Below, in pieces: positions 62,505 through 64,000 of a stretch of 64,000 bases of DNA. Source of the DNA: Lama glama. Lineage: Eukaryota. Below the pieces are notes generated by a model that had not been told where the DNA came from, did no database searches, and was given only the letters and a program-made list of their open reading frames with translations. The position numbers and the translations under genes are program-made. Positions within the stretch are counted from its first letter, which is position 1. Each line of letters opens with the position of its first letter. Location of the stretch: contig CM052817.1 in NCBI GenBank assembly GCA_028534125.1, positions 64,296,001-64,360,000 of the forward strand, given 5' to 3'.

Positions 62505-63310
62505 TTTCTTTTCTTTCTTTCTTTTTTTAACAGCTTTATTGAGATAAAATTCATATACCATAATAGTCACTGATCTAAAGTATACAATTCAATGATTTTC
62601 AGTATATTCATAGAAATGTGCAACCATCACCACAGTCTATTTTATTACTTTATTATTATTATTTTTTGTGGGGGAAGGTAATAAGGTTTACTTACTTATT
62701 CTTAGAGGAAGTACTGGGGATTGAACCCAGGACCTCATGCATGCTAAGCATGCACTCTACCACTTGAGCTTTACCTTCTCCACACATCACAGTCAATTTT
62801 AGAATATTTTCATCACCCCCAAAAGAAACTTTGTGCCCTTTAACTATGACCCCCCTGCATCCTCCTATTCCTCCCCCAGCACAAGTCTATTTTCTGTCTC
62901 TATAGATTTGCCTATTCTATATATTTCATATAAATGGATTATATAATATGTTATTTTGTGTCTGGCTTATTTTATAGCAGTGTTTCCAAGGTTCATCCAT
63001 GCTGTAGCATGTATCTGTACTTCGTTCCTTTTTATGGCCAAGTAATATTCCACTGTATGGATATACCACACTTGTATATCCAAATGTCAATTGATTGGCA
63101 TTTTGGTTGTTTCTACCTTTTGGCTACTATGATTGTTATGAATAAACATTCATGTGTAAGTTTTTGTGTGGACTTATGTTTTTATTTCTCTGGTTATACA
63201 CCTAGGAGCAGAATCACTAGGTCATATGTTAACTTGATGTGTAGCCATTTGAGGAAGTGCCAGGTTGTTTTCCACATATTGACCAGTGGTTGTATGAGGT
63301 CACTCTACAA
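62505..63310 (-). mobile_element. L1MB-like 3' end, interrupted by a SINE
   Basis: aacagctttattgagataaaattcatatacca...gatttgcctattct...aggttcatccatgctgtagcatgtatc. Confidence 0.9.
62645..62781 (-). mobile_element. Vic-1-like SINE nested in L1MB
   Basis: Reverse-complement tRNA-like body with flanking repeat cacagtc(t/a)attt. Confidence 0.92.
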
Positions 63311-64000
63311 CCTTGCCTGCCATATATTCTCATTATTTGGCTTTAAATAGCTTATGTGACAAAAGAAGTGAGATGAGAACACAAGATTTACACTTTGGGC
63401 CAAAGAGCCCACTATTACTATGTTCTAAGAAATGCTTATTTTCTTCTACTTTATGGCTCTACTACAACTGTAAGCTGACTTTTTTTCAGCATGTACTATA
63501 ATAATTTGGAAAGTGAAAGGGGAATCCAAACCTGGATTGGAACTGTGTGAAAAATAATTCTTATATTATCACTTCAGTAATAAACAGCCCAAAGTCGGCT
63601 CCCAGCCCACCACCTTGAACTAGTGAACCACTACACATTTTTGGTTCTCTGAGTGCCTTCCTCAAGTCACTGGGGTGAAGCTCCCACAGCACCTCTACCT
63701 CCTCCTACATAACATGCAACAGAGTGTATTTTCATTATGAGATTAATGTCTATTTTGTCCTCTGGTCTGTAAAGCAATGTGGTAAAGTGACCTTGGCTGT
63801 CTTTCCCAAAACCCCCTCAGTGTCCAGCACCTGGGTTGGTATTTGTTGAATAACAAAGGAAGGAGGGCTTTATACTAAAGTGGTTCTGCTTACTAAACGT
63901 TTCTGGGAGTATGTACAAATTAAGCTTTACCGAAGTGTTTGCTTTGTTTAAATACAAAAAGCCCAAGCAGCATCGCAGCTTTTTGACATGCTCCAAAAGC

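Noticed and set aside
1..64000. CRISPR arrays, operons or other prokaryotic/viral systems
   Set aside because: None seen. The sequence is typical mammalian intron and intergenic DNA, with no regularly spaced repeat-spacer array or long intact ORF.

Overview
Mammalian genomic DNA, very probably camelid (camel/alpaca/llama), inferred from 12 copies of a tRNA-Ala(AGC)-derived SINE of the Vic-1 type. The only protein-coding sequence I can support is coding exon 1 of TSPAN5 on the minus strand (34291-34211, MSGKHYKGPEVSCCIKYFIFGFNVIFW, followed by a GTAAGT donor), which sits in a CpG-island promoter. Bases 1-34210 are TSPAN5 intron 1; I did not find exon 2 in the window. Bases ~35300-64000 are upstream, repeat-rich intergenic DNA (L1, L2, MIR, MaLR/ERVL LTRs, hAT and Tigger relics). 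The observations most worth following up are: (1) two ~82%-identical 93-bp copies 3 kb apart in intron 1, each reading on the gene strand as AG|77 nt|GT, like twin (probably poison) cassette exons; (2) a second small CpG island in intron 1 with promoter architecture and a downstream splice donor; (3) a 5' half of tRNA-Gln(CTG) inserted between 14-bp target-site duplications, like a tailless retropseudogene; (4) an out-of-frame uORF overlapping the TSPAN5 start. Repeat family names were assigned by eye from remembered consensus sequences, and their boundaries are approximate unless a TSD is quoted.
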